Shown here in pieces: positions 14,690 through 27,999 of a DNA stretch of 64,000 bases. A program made the translations under genes and the position numbers. Each line of letters starts with the position of its first letter. Position 1 is the stretch's first letter. Location: contig OZ024740.1 in the NCBI GenBank assembly GCA_964016885.1, positions 89,962,001-90,026,000 of the forward strand. Reading direction: 5' to 3'. Origin of the DNA: Eledone cirrhosa. Its lineage: Eukaryota. Below the pieces are notes generated by a model. It saw only the letters and a list, made by a program, of their open reading frames with translations. It searched no databases and was not told where the DNA came from.

Positions 14690-15285
14690 GAAAATGTTAA
14701 GGACGTTCAGTCCCTTCGAATTCCTTGGCAGTAGGATGCAAGCTGATGAGAAATTGAATACTGAAATCACATCTCGTATAAAAAAAATGCAGCAAGAGCC
14801 GTTGGGGGGCTAGAATTTAAAGTGAGGTCATAACGTCAGATTAAATTGGAGATAAGGTTTGCGGTATGCTTTTCATCTGTACCCTCAGTACTATTGTATT
14901 TATCCAATACATGGGCGTTGTACACATGGCATGTTAAAATATTTGAGTAGTTTCACTAAAGATGACTCCAGCATGATTCCTGCTGCGGCAAAAGTTACAT
15001 CTGTTCAAGCTACACTTATTAGAAATCAGTAGAGATGGACAGGTCACTAGACGGACGCATTGCCGAGGTATTATTTGGTGGCCAAATTATGCTGGAGAGG
15101 ACAATTATTCTAAGAGGGGATACAGTAACACTCTAAAATGAACTTAAAATGCATTAACGTATCCTACAGAAATCTTGAACCATTCACAGTAGATGGAGAG
15201 GCTCCTAAAATTGCCATTTGGAATGGAGTTAAATAATTTGAAATGGAGATTTCAAAACATATAGGACGGAAGACATGTACGAACG
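14690..15285 (+). mobile_element. RTE-clade LINE RT C-terminal fragment, decayed
   Basis: FLGS..EITSRI.., TWALY..H.K..E.FH, AKVTSVQATLIRNQ.RWTGH remnants. Confidence 0.65.
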
Positions 15286-15300
15286 AATGAGCCCTACAGT

Positions 15301-15548
15301 AATAATTGTTTCTACTTTGGCACAAGGCCAGAAAATACCAAGTGCATTACTGGTACTTTATTTTAAGGGCCCCGTAGGGATCAAAGGCGGGATTTGACCA
15401 CATAATGACAAGGGCCGTAACTCTATGCATCAAATCATTGCGTCCGACCCTCTACCGATACTGCCAACAGTAATAATTGTTTCTACTTTTGGCACAAGGC
15501 CTGCACTTAACCAGTGCATTACTGGTACTTTATTTTATCGACCCCGTA
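15301..15548 (-). mobile_element. Two tandem SINE family A copies (15301-15467, 15472-15548)
   Basis: Repeated acagtaataattgtttctacttt..ggcacaaggcc..gcattactggtacttta. Confidence 0.85.
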
Positions 15549-16227
15549 TAATCAATACGTAAGGAATTGCAATGTTGTTATGTGGAGTTGGTCCCAAAGT
15601 TGATGATACTCGGTGACAAGCATCTATTGTACGATTTGACTGCTTATTGCACTTTTTAACATAAATAAATATATTTTTATATACAGAAAAAAATAATGAA
15701 GCGTAGTCTTCAATTAAAGTTACATGTTTCAGTGAGCATTAGGCTAAACTATTCTCATCAGCTTTATTCAACTGTAGATTTGTATTTCTGTATAAGTCAA
15801 TATTTTTCCTGGGTTGTTTTAGACTTTAATATAGAGTAAATATCAAAATATTTGTTCATTTCACTCTTTTTATAATATTCCATTTCTATTGTCTTGAATT
15901 CTCTCATACACGGATATCAGTATTGTATTGATGAAGTGTGACATGCAATACATAGATGTAATCGGAAACAAATTAAGTGAATTTGAACTTAATTATTTAT
16001 TTTTTTAATTTGCATACTGTCAACAACTTAATGTATTTATTTGTTTGTCACCTATCATTATTAACTGATTTGCATGGTTTCCTTGAGATTTTGTTAGAGA
16101 ATCGTACATGTAAAACTATGCTACAGAATATGACTTTTAGACAGTGTCATTTAAATAACATAGTACTCTTATATGACGCTATATATATATATATTATTCA
16201 TACACAGATCTCCCCCTATATATATAT

Positions 16228-16296
<69 letters not shown>

Positions 16297-17955
16297 TATA
16301 TTTTCTAAGAAATTCTATTGTTCCATTAAACGTTTCATCACAAAATGTCTTTTAATGTCTGATCGCTTCTATTGTTCTTGTTTTTATACTTCTATCATGA
16401 ACTTGTATTATATTGTGACAATACTTCTTTTCCTTGTCTTTAGAGAAAAGAAACATCTATGTATATATTTTGTATACTTAATTTTGACTATTTACATTGT
16501 TACATGCATACTGTTAAACATGTATGCACCCATCTGCCTACTTCCAAAGGAAGGCACTATGATAGTTGCTTGTATCTCAGAATTACATCTGTTTTCATAA
16601 TTTTTATGAGAGTGTATCTATGCAATCTCTTGCCATATTAGAAATGTTTTCCATATCTAAAGCAAACAACTTTATTACATATAGATATATATGTAGATAT
16701 ACGGGATAGGTGTTCGTTTCATGTCATTATTGATAGGTTTGCGTCAACGTAGCGGAATGAGGATTAAATCCTAAAAATATCTACAAGACTCATTATTCGA
16801 AATTACATGTTTGTGAACATAGGTACATAGAGATAGAGAGGAAAAGATAGAGAGAGTGAGATACAGAGAGAATGAGAGAGGACCACAGAGAACGAGAGAG
16901 AGACAGAGTGACACACACACATAGTTTGTAACACATGCCTTCATAGGAGCGTTGAATATTTGCGTGATATCTCTTACATTCGATGTGACTCAATATTTTG
17001 TAAGTGAAAGCTACACAAGACCTTAAATACCTTGAAGTAATGATTATGTATGGTCAAATACACATGCCTTTTTGCACTGAACATTATACGCATATATATT
17101 AATAGCTATGCGCTATATATAAAGTAGGAACAAATGACGATTTAGAAAAAATATAAATTCTCATATAATGCAATTATTTCCTCTTAATGAATAACGGTTG
17201 TGTTTCTCCTGACAAGTTCTCACTCTCTGTAGTGTGACATTTCAGCATGAGAGTGTCTAGAACCATATTTGTTTCCGCACCGTTGTGTCACGCCGTGAAT
17301 CGAGCATATGAACGACATTCTGTCAAGTATTACATCCTATTGACTTTTGTATATTCATGACCAAGACATATACTTAGGTTCCATACTTTATGTCTAAAGA
17401 ATTCATAGACAATCTTGTGGGAAACACATTAAACTCCTGGGCCAATTTATAGATAATATCCTTAATATGGGGGATATTTGCAGAAATCCCTATAATGTCT
17501 GTGCGGGAATTCCCTACGCATGACTGTAAATGTATTTCACCGATATATAATAGCAAATATGTATGCAGTGGAAAGACGTATGTTCTTTGAACAAAGAGAA
17601 CAAGGGAGTGGTCTGATATTCACTAAAATTGATATTCGTAGAGGACCACAGTTAATGGAACAAAATAACACAAAACTATGGTCATTGTTGTCGTTTAGAA
17701 ATCACATGGTCCTGTGTATTTCTATCTAAAGCCATCGTTTTAGTAGGTGGTTGGGTGCGTGTTTAGGAAATCGAACATTTAATGGTGAGAGGATAACGCC
17801 TGCAGAACCAACGTGAAGAGAGTTTTCTTACAATCTCCTTTGTGTAAATCAAACCCTAGGAGAATAAGGTTTGGCTACTGTCCATGTGTGTTGGACAAAT
17901 TATGAAGTAGAATGTCAGTTAATGGTAAAGGCATTGTCTAGGGGCTAGGTTATTA

Positions 17956-18220
17956 GGGGCTAGGTGCTCTATCATGTTAAAAATATTTAACATGATAGGG
18001 CACCCTGCCCCACACTTACACATCCACGTACATCCTATCTCACACACACACGCACACGCACACACACACGCTTACACCTCCACTTATTCTCTGTCACACA
18101 CACGCACAAATACCAGTTTTAACATGATAGAGCATCTAGCCACCACATTTACATATAGACATATCCTCTCACACTCACACACACACGCATACATACACCT
18201 TCACGTATTCTCCCACACAC
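17956..18220. repeat. Short fold-back (17956-18011) plus ~132-bp tandem duplication
   Basis: ggtgctctatcatgttaaa-aata-tttaacatgatagggcacc; tttaacatgatag.gca recurs at ~18118. Confidence 0.7.
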
Positions 18221-18501
18221 TTAAACATAAAGGGAGACAACTCTGTATCAACCTAACCTACACTCTTTGACATTAGAAATAGAATGGAATCTCTATACCA
18301 TTTCCTGTCAGCATGACTTTGCAAGCTAATTAGAACACAGCATTAACCCCTTTACTTCCCTCCAAAGAAGATATATTATCTCGAAAATTAAGGATATTCA
18401 AAAAGATTTAAGGTAAAAGACTAATCCTCAACAATATCTTTTGCATTTGTATTTAAATTCTATATCTATACCTGCATTGTTTTGGCCTTCAAAATCCAAA
18501 C

Positions 18502-18571
<70 letters not shown>

Positions 18572-18677
18572 CGTTTATATATATATGTATATAAAATTGA
18601 GTGAGCGGAACAAGTAAACAATACTTTTAAAAAAATTAAAATACGATTTAAATATTTACGTATCCAAAATGCTTTTA

Positions 18678-18746
18678 CCGACAGTTTCGTTTCACAAAAG
18701 ATTGGAAATCCAGAGAATGTTCAACGGAAATGTCAGCTCTTCAGGA
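18678..18746 (-). ncRNA. Degenerate hammerhead-like motif
   Basis: Minus strand: CTGAAGAG...CGAAACTGTC-GG. The core is intact but stems I and II pair poorly. Confidence 0.35.
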
Positions 18747-19539
18747 AGTTATTTCCATTCTATAGGACGTTAATTCTCACAGTCTGTTTATATATGGCCT
18801 ACTGCCAGCTAGTGTGAGGTCAGGCCGTTAAAGTGACCCACACATGAACTGGTCGTTAGTAAATGCGGGAATATTATAGACATGGTGTGTGCCACGCTAC
18901 TAAAAATAGCAGCAAGGTACAACGCTTTCGTCTCTACACGTGGGAGAATATACATAAGATGAGATTAATATTCCCACAGGTACCAAGTACCTACCGAAAT
19001 ATATATATATATAGTTAAAGAAAAAAGAGTAACATAAAAAAGAAAGAAGAGTAACATAAACTATATAATATATATACATATATACCATATTGTGTATAGA
19101 TTACAAATAAGTAATACTAAAAGTTGCTAAGAGTATAAGGCCAGATTTGCAGGTGGATTAAATATATGCTTCAACATTTTGTTATATCGATTTTAAGGAC
19201 AGGCCATCATTTGACTGCTATAAAAGAGATTATGTGATAAAGCAATGAATACACGTTTTGATTTCTAACGCTACGAACATATTGAATTATATTTGGGAAT
19301 TTCTGTATGAAAACCCAAATCTTAAGGCGCCATCTGCTATGTGGTATTGACGGCAAGTGTAAATATGTTGTTATTTATAGTTATTATCATTGTGCATTGC
19401 TGGTTCCAAACATTGGAATTATGCCATATCGAGCTGTATCTTCGGGAGTTTAATCAATGTTATCGACACATGTAGTCATGCCGAATATGTCCGGGTTTGA
19501 TATAAACCACCCATACGCACTAACAAACTGAAATAGCAG

Positions 19540-19614
<75 letters not shown>

Positions 19615-21314
19615 ATTGTGTGTGGGACGGGGACCAACATATCACAAAGTACTCGATTCCTAGTATAATGCAGAGTGGGTACATCAGTGAAAGTAGAGAT
19701 TCGGCGACGAGAAGAGGTGGCTTCGTCTAGTTACTTTTGATTCTCTACTTTCGTTTTTATACATATTGTAGTTTAAACAATTACGGGGCCCATAACGGCA
19801 TGTCAAACGGGTATTTCTGCGCTTTCGGTACGAGGTATTTACATGAAATATTGTTCCTGGCATAATCTCACAATATATTTCAAAACAAGAAAACATTGAA
19901 TTCCGCACCGTTTTTGAATTATGGGTGAACATCTAGGCAAAAAGAAATTACATATGGCACAATTTCACCGGCATATATAGCGAAAGACATCTGTCAGACA
20001 GAAAAACAAAACATTCATGAAACATTTGCTACTTCAAAATACCTCACATTGGGTCACGTATGTATAATGCTCTTTTCATCATTAGATCGGCTATATTACT
20101 TTCCGTGGTCAATGTATTTAATATTCTACCTATGCTACCGCATATAGTCACGCGTTTCCGGAGGATTGTGAAATGTTTGGTAATATGATATGTGGTACGC
20201 AATTAAAATTATAACTGATTGCCAAGTGCCCTTGCCAGAACGAGCAGACACATCTCTTTGAAATCTCATCTTATTTATTTAAGGGAAACACATTACATTT
20301 TACAATGGCATCCTATTCATACAAACAGTCGAATTCATTATGAGCTGAAATATATGAAAGGCCTTATGTACCTGCTCTCTTATTCATGGCATATGACAAC
20401 AGTCATCATGCATAATTCACAAAATTCACAATTTATTTACACATTGTTCGCATGAACTTTAATTGAAGCGCATGATAATTTGATTCCAGCATGTTCTTTC
20501 TTTAAAGAAAATGTCGGATGATCTCTGATAAATTACGCCATCATTATATACATTTTATTATATCAGTCAGATATTTATTCCAGGATTTAGATAGAAATGA
20601 ATTACAAGTAGGATGCATTAAAATATTTGTTTTGGAAAAAAATATCAGTCGGTATTGACATTTTTTATTTCTATATATCTACAACGAACATAGCTATATG
20701 TATAGCTTTACACATTTTGATTCAACAACAGAAAAATGCAGGGGGTCAGTTCAGAATGATGTATATTTTAATGGAAATAGGGTTGTTCAACATGAAATGC
20801 GCAAGATCCAACTGAATATAAATAAACAGCATTTTTACAGAAATTCCAGTATGAAAGTTACTTCAATTGACCGTTTTCAGATATTGAATGTTTTTGAAGT
20901 GCATGGTATTCTTCGAATAAAGCTCTGAAATATAAGAATCGGGAATATATCGTTAGCCAAATAACAGACGTTGCTAGAAATAATATTGAAATATTATCCA
21001 ATTGTTTGAGAGAGCAAAGTAGATGAAAATAATATAAAATTAAAGAAGGGCGTGATGTTTACTCATTAAAATGCCTTATCTCTCTCCATCTCACCCGCAG
21101 TGTAACCCACGCAGACAAAACACCTGATTCGCAAATATTATTAGACATTTTATGTGGCACATTCGCATGCCATTTTAGAGAACTATGCTTAATATAATGG
21201 GAGTTATAAAGATATTAATTAATCCTGATGGTAAACATCAGTGTGTGTTCGTAAACATAATTCCACATGTAGACATTCGAAACATGAAAAATGCGATTGG
21301 TATTAATATTATTG

Positions 21315-21640
21315 AAACACGATTTCAGAAATTGCTGAGTTGAACAATCTCCACTCTGTCTCATCGCCCTCACTTTGCTCTCGGTCTCTGAATTAGGATG
21401 CAATAGTATCTGCATTCCTGGTCATGACTTCCTTATCCAGCAACGCTTCCCGCTTTTTCCTGTAGGTCATGCAGGAACTGTCAGTTTTGTGAGCTTCTTT
21501 GGATTTAGGCTGTCTGACGTTGCAGAAAACTAGATAACGAGATGGTGATCAGTTGACAACTCAGCCTCTCACTTAACATGAACGTCGGGCACAGAATCAA
21601 ATAGATCAGAGACAATAAAAACAATCAAATATTTATCTCT
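21315..21640 (-). mobile_element. RTE LINE fragment (end of APE domain), same family as 46800-47100
   Basis: IVSDLFDSV.DV.V..AELSTDHHLV..DKEV..ETEWRLFNSAI, with nucleotide similarity to 46810-47090. Confidence 0.75.
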
Positions 21641-21814
21641 AGTCTTCATTCTCCTTACACCATGTATATATATTAATATCTCCATGCAGGAAGGTGTTCA
21701 TAATAGAGATTCTCTTGCTAGAACAGAAATCTAATAAGGTTCCTCAATTCAAATTAGATCGGGGTTTCCGTTTCTTACAATCCCTCTTTTATATGTAAGG
21801 AGTTAATTGAAGTC

Positions 21815-22650
21815 TCACATCATGGTATATGACCGGATGGCATGAAGACACTTTGGTTCAATGAGGAGATCTATGATGCATCCGAGTAACGAAGGAGGTG
21901 TACAAAGCTTGTCTTGGAAATAAGTACTCCTTCTTCCACTTGCGGTAAAAGCAGGCACAACGAATTGCATCAGAAACAGTAAAAACTGCCAAAGTAAAGA
22001 CATGGCCAAAACTGAAATCCGCCTACAGATTAGCAAATAACATATTATGGCAGACAATCCGCCGAAAATGTAATGTCCTTCGCCACACCTGCTATCAGGA
22101 ATGCGCCCGGTGTTCTACTCTCTTTAGAAAGATGCATCGCCGCAAGGTGGTGAGAATAATTTGCTTTTCTGCTGAACCCGATCACAATAGCATCTTCTGA
22201 TGTACACGAGGTTCACCTAGGAGCGTGGACCAATCACTCGGAATCACTGAGGTCGCAAGAGTAGTTAAAGAGTTCACATGTCGCAAGGCCAATGTTGGCG
22301 ATGAAAACTTGGCTGAAATTTTAAAAGCCTTATATAGAAAAGATGATCTCTGGCTGATTAGTATGTTCCGGGTGGTCTGAATCACTTGAAAGGCACCTAA
22401 GAAATAACAACCTAGATTGATTATTCCAATGTTATAAAGGTTAGACAAAAGCGAATGTTGGATTTACAGAGCATCACCCTGTAAAGCGTCTCCAAATCTA
22501 CATATTGAGGCAGATCTTCGAGAAATCGTACTAGTATTGCCAAAAAGTATATCCTTGCATTGTAGAACTCAAAAAGGCGTATTACCACATTACCCAGGAC
22601 TTACTGCAGGAGTATGGGATCTTGTGGAACTGATGTCTCTAATGTGAATG
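21815..22650 (-). mobile_element. Heavily decayed LINE RT 3' half (RTE-like)
   Basis: Remnants SVPQDPIL (GVPQG-like), LPQYVD (YADD-like), LRRCI and FGHV across frameshifts. Confidence 0.45.
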
Positions 22651-22782
22651 CAGCGATTCTTTTCTTAAACTTTAATCTGTTATTTTAATAAATACTTGCT
22701 TTAAGGCTCTAATATATTTGATATAAATGTATCCTTATCGAGCCCTCTTCGGATTTTAGTCTTCAAATTTATTATTATTACT
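22651..22782 (+). mobile_element. Repeat family X 3' end
   Basis: cagcgattctt..aaactttaatctgttattttaataaata..gagccctct..cttcaaatttattattattac followed by (TA)n. Confidence 0.85.
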
Positions 22783-22920
22783 ATATATATACATATATAT
22801 ATGTTTATACATACATATATATATATATAAGTTTATACATACATACATATATATATATCTATAAACTTATATATATATATATATATATATAATTATATAT
22901 ACATATATATATATATATAT

Positions 22921-23313
22921 CATCTTGATCACCTTGACTGACCAGTCTGTCCGGCACCATTCGGCGTCGGCGGTCACAGCTCGTGCTGTTTTAGTCATAT
23001 GATGACGACATCCCACTGGCTGGGCGGTCAGGCCGTAAGTCTGAAGTCTGTCTTAAGCCAGAAGGCTCAATTGGCCGGTGCTTATCCCGGTTTCATGGCG
23101 TGAAGCGACTGAGAGTACAAGACTGTCCCCCCTGAACAGGACGCCAGTCCATTGGTGGGTTAAACCTCCAGCTACTGGTGGTACTCATTTTTAGCTGAGT
23201 AAACTGGAGCAACGTGAAATAAGGTGTCTTGCTCAAGGAAACAACACATCACCCGGTCCGAGAATTGAACCCACAACCTTTCGTGCTCTAACCACTAAGC
23301 CATGCGCCTTCAC
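22921..23313 (-). mobile_element. tRNA-derived SINE family B (CORE-like domain), near full length
   Basis: Head gaaggcgcatggcttagtggttagagc (A box), gggttcaattc (B box), ccttgagcaagacac..gttgctccagtttactcagct core. Confidence 0.9.
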
Positions 23314-23349
23314 ACACACACACGCACACACACACACACACGCACACAT

Positions 23350-23387
<38 letters not shown>

Positions 23388-23415
23388 AACATTTATATAT
23401 GTGTGTATGTGTGTG

Positions 23416-23632
23416 TGAAGGCGCATGGCTTAGTGGTTAGAGCAGTAGGCTTGCAATCGAAAGGTTGTGAGTTCAATTCTCGGACCGGGTGATGTGTTGT
23501 TTCCTTGAGCAAGACACTTCATTTTACGTTGCTCCACTTTACTCAGCTAAAAATGAGTACCGATGGACTGGCGTCTTGTCCAGGAGGGACAGGCTTATAC
23601 GGACAGTCTTGTACTCTCAGTCATTCACGTCA
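23416..23632 (+). mobile_element. SINE family B, head-to-head with previous copy across (CA)n
   Basis: Same head and core on the plus strand. Confidence 0.9.
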
Positions 23633-23658
23633 TATATATATATATTAATATATTTATA

Positions 23659-23686
<28 letters not shown>

Positions 23687-23693
<7 letters not shown>

Positions 23694-24505
23694 ACTAGAA
23701 ATTGATTGACATAAATAAACATATGAAACAATCACAGGGATAATTTGTAAAAGTGTGTAAGCACACATAGCTAGGTAGGTAACTAAATAAAGTTTAACTA
23801 GAACTTCTAAAATAGATACCTTATAAAATGATTAATCTTCCTTGTATATATTCCATTAAAGAAATATATTTCACCAATTAATCGATTGGTAAATGACAGT
23901 AGCCAGATCCTGTATTTTCAACAAGGAAGAGGTCCAACCATCTGTGTTGGACCTCTCAAATTCAAATCAGCGACTGGCTCTTAACAAGTGCTGTATTTAC
24001 TATAAATACACACATCATACCAGCTTTGTCCCGGTGGCGTGAATAGGCTTATCGACAACTAGAAACATCAATCAAGTCCTTTCAACTGAGTTAGCTCTAC
24101 AATCATTTCATAAAGTATCTATTTTTGAAGTTCTAGTTAAACTTTATTGAGTTACCTACCTAGCTATGTGTGCTTACACACTTTTACAAATTATCCCCTG
24201 TAATTGTTTTCTATGTTTATTTATATGTCAATCAATTTCTAGTTGATATAAAATGCTCGGATTTATTCATTAGAATATTGGAGCATATTGTACGGGTGAT
24301 ATGGCACATGTCTATCCGGCATGACACCCTTAATTTAATTTGATTTAATTTAATTCATCTTAATTTTAGATATATATAAATACGGCCCCATAATTGTAGA
24401 GCTAACTCAGTTTAAAGATCTTGTCAGCTGTTTCTAGTTGTCGATAACCCTATTCACGCCACCGGGCCGAAGCTGGTATGATGTGTGTATTTTTAGTAAC
24501 TACAG
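23687..24505. repeat. Interleaved inverted repeats A-B-A'-B' upstream of a PLE
   Basis: A 23687-23833 / A' 24101-24250; B ~23990-24102 / B' ~24393-24505. Confidence 0.85.
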
Positions 24506-24527
24506 GAAAATGTTGTGCAATTTATGT

Positions 24528-25790
24528 TTAACAAGCCGAAATTGCCTCAGATTTGTTGTTTAAGACGACTCGATTTGGATTAAAAAAATCTAATAGTACC
24601 CCATTCGACGTGAGTATGGGCGCCAGCGATACTACAGAGGTTACTGATCTTATCGGCCTTTTCCTTCTTTTCTCTATCAAGGAAGAATTCCCCAACGTGG
24701 GCGGTGGTTTGTACCGTGATGATGGTCTTTTGACCATGACTAAGTGCGGCCCACGTGCTTGCGACAGGTTCAGAAAAGAACTCACAGCCTTCTGTAAAGG
24801 CTTCAACCTCTCCATACAGGTTGAGGCCAACCTCTCGGTCGTTAATTACCTCGACCTTACCCTCAATTTATCGAATGGCTTACATTACCCGTATAGAAAG
24901 CCGAATGATATGCTTAATTACATAAGTATGCATTCTAACCATCCTGGCAGAATAACCAAGAATCTGGTAAGTAACGTTTCTTTGTGTCTTTCCCGTCTAT
25001 TTACTAACGAGCATATTTTCAACGACCATTCCACATATTATAATGAAGCTCTTGCTCGATAAAATAGCATATACAGAGTACGAGAATAGACCTAGAAGAA
25101 ATAGATCCCGACGCATTATATGGTATAATCCACCATATAATATGGAGGTGGCCACACCATTAGCTAAGATCTTTTTATCCCTTATAAAGAAGCATTTTCC
25201 CCCTACACATAAATATAGAATTATATTTAATAGAATTACTATTAAAATTTCTCACTCTACGACTCCTAATTTTGCACATAACATCACAGCTTCAAATTTA
25301 GCTAAACTACCTAGCCGTAGGAACACGTGCAACCCTGTAGGTAGTACTAACTGTAATTGTAGGAATCGGGTTGACTGACCCTATCCGGGAAATGCCTCTC
25401 TAGTAACATTGTCTACAAATGTAAGGTTGAAACACCCACGTCCTGTAGGGCCTACATAGGGTTAACCGCCAATAGATTCAAGCAGCGCTTTACTTGCATG
25501 CCCTTTGTTTTTGTTACCCTTCAACAAGGAATATGACGTCACTTTCAGCTTATATCTGGTGTCTAAATGACAACCAGACCCAATATAATTTACAATGCGA
25601 GATCCTAGTTAGGGCTAGATCGTATAACGGAAATCAATGACCATGTGACCTCTGCGTCGCTGAGGCCCTGGACATACTCTACGCCAATGACCTTATCTTA
25701 AACAAAAAATCTGAGGCAATTTCGGCTTGTAAACATAAATTGCACAAAACATTCCTGTATTACAGCCCCACATTATACCCTAACGGATAG
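24528..25790 (+). mobile_element. Penelope-like element (RT + C-terminal GIY-YIG), Hydra-type, 5'-truncated
   Basis: FDVSMGASD..EV.DLIG, GLYRDDGL, NYLDLTLNL, SNHP, WYNPPY, CNCRNRVD*P (CxCx5C position), NIVYKC..AYIGLT..FKQR, CDLC. Frameshifted. Confidence 0.92.
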
Positions 25791-26195
25791 TACGAACTAT
25801 ACGCGGATATTTTACGCCTTGATGTGGTAGCTAAGTATATGTTATGTTTATGCCATTACGTATATGTTAAGTTAAGTATATACTACCTGTATGTTTTGTG
25901 AAGGTACGTATACTTTCTCGTACGTATATTTGATGTATATGTTATGGTGTATATATTATTTTTTCTGGTACATATGCTTTTGGTTATGTGTATACGTGAG
26001 TTTTGCGTCTGTGTGAGTATGCTGGTTCGTACGTATGTAGGGTATGTGTATATGAGTACTTCGTGTTTTGGTTAACGTGCGTCTCCGAACATAAGTGTAT
26101 TTTAATGTAGGTTTGTGAGTGCGTTTGTTATATACGTATTTATTTATTTATATACGTTTATTTGATTATATGTTTACACGCACACACACACACAC

Positions 26196-26268
<73 letters not shown>

Positions 26269-26272
<4 letters not shown>

Positions 26273-26607
26273 GGGCGGGGAGAACAATTGCACGCAAAGA
26301 CGAAACCACGTAAATGGTATAACTGAAGTCGTAGAGTAAAATTCTAACTAGGAAACCGAATGATTCTCGGCTTCAGAGTTAAGAATAAAGTAAATAAAAT
26401 ACAGAGGTAAATGAAATAAAATAAATACATAGACACGCATCCATATTCGTACATACACAAGCATACGCGAAATCACTCGCCATATGTATACAAATACACG
26501 CACGTACACCCACAACAAAAAAAACCCAAAAAACCGCACGCTCATACAGAACCCACGCAACACCTGTACCCGCACGCATACGAATGTATACACGAAATAC
26601 ACATAGA
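26269..26607 (-). mobile_element. Repeat family X, inverted partner of 26877-27215
   Basis: ~340-bp reverse-complement match; mirror ORFs appear in the ORF track. Confidence 0.85.
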
Positions 26608-26611
26608 AAAA

Positions 26612-26652
<41 letters not shown>

Positions 26653-26745
26653 GGAGGTGAGTTTTATTGTAGTACAATAAAGCAATATGTTGATTTAAAA
26701 CTGCACTATCAACAAGTGTTTTTTAGCCTTCATATCATGTTCTCC

Positions 26746-26816
26746 TGTTTTATCTGATGAAAACACAAATATTATTGCTTGATGATGTTTGTTTTTGAAA
26801 TGCGCATAATAAAATA
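26746..26816 (+). ncRNA. Intact type I hammerhead ribozyme
   Basis: TGTTTTAT-CTGATGA-AAAC ACAAATATTATT gctt GATGATGTTTGT TTTT-GAAA-TGCGCA-TA-ATAAAATA. Stem III is palindromic; predicted cut after 26808. Confidence 0.85.
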
Positions 26817-26876
26817 TATGGAACTCCTTTAACCATCTTTTGATCTTATATTATATATATATATATATATATATAT

Positions 26877-27642
26877 TCTATGTATATTTGGTGTATACAT
26901 TCATATGCGTGCGGGTACAGGGTTTGCGTGGGCTATGTATGTGCGTGCGTTTTTTTTGGGGGGGAGGGGGTTGTGGGTGTACGTGCGTGTATTTGTATAC
27001 ATATGGCGAGTGTTTTCGCGTATGCTTGTGTATGTACATATATCGATGCGTGTCTATGTATTTATTTAATTTCATTTACCTCTCTATTTTATTTACTTTA
27101 TTCTTAACTCTGAAGCCAAGAATCATTCGGTTTGCTAGTTAGAATTTTAGTTTACGACTTCAGTTATACCATTTACGTGGTTTTGCTTTGCGTGCAATTG
27201 TTCTCCCCGCTCCACATATGACGCATTATCTTCGTTTTTTCCCTTCATTGCAAGAGAACGTCTCGATGAACCACCTAATCGAATATTAGTCTACGCCTTC
27301 TTTTATACCATAAACGTGGTTTTGTCTTTGCGTGTAATTGTTTTTCACTGCTCCAAATAATGACGTATTATATTCGTTTTTTCCCCGTTCTTTGCCAGCG
27401 AACGTTTCCACGAACCAAAGTATCGTTTTCCTGTTTTCCTCCGGTTGCAAGGTTTTTTGAAATATTCACTTCTGCGTTCACAGATTGACTTTGTTAGTTT
27501 CAGAAGAACCTGTTAAGGGTGTGCGCAGCGATTTTTTGCTTAAACTTTAATCTGTTATTTTAATAAATATTTGCTCTACGGTTCTTATATATTTATCCTT
27601 ATCGAGCCCTCTTTGGATTTTAGTCTTCAAATTATTATTACT
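26877..27642 (+). mobile_element. Repeat family X, longest copy (internal duplication with ~140-bp period)
   Basis: Matches 13170-13930, 22651-22782 and 29834-30120; 27164-27243 resembles 27303-27385. Confidence 0.85.
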
Positions 27643-27674
27643 ATATATATATGTGTGTGTGTGTGAAGCGCATA

Positions 27675-27708
<34 letters not shown>

Positions 27709-27741
27709 AGCTCGACCTGATGATGATGATGATGATGATGA

Positions 27742-27833
<92 letters not shown>

Positions 27834-27999
27834 GAAAGGTTAAAAGATATTGTAGCAAAAATCCAATATATAGATATATATATATATATATTTCGTTTCT
27901 GAATTTGTTTAGCAAGGTTATTTATCTCGAAACGTGTGTTGAAACCGATACTGTTATGCTTTGAGAAAGGTCATGTTGCCAATAAGAAACACAGGCACC

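Noticed and set aside
23416-23490. tRNA-like sequence with A/B boxes
   Set aside because: It runs into the SINE core, is multi-copy and has no complete cloverleaf, so it is a SINE head.
25638-25640. Second TGA in the PLE endonuclease as selenocysteine
   Set aside because: Not at a Cys position; probably CGA>TGA decay.
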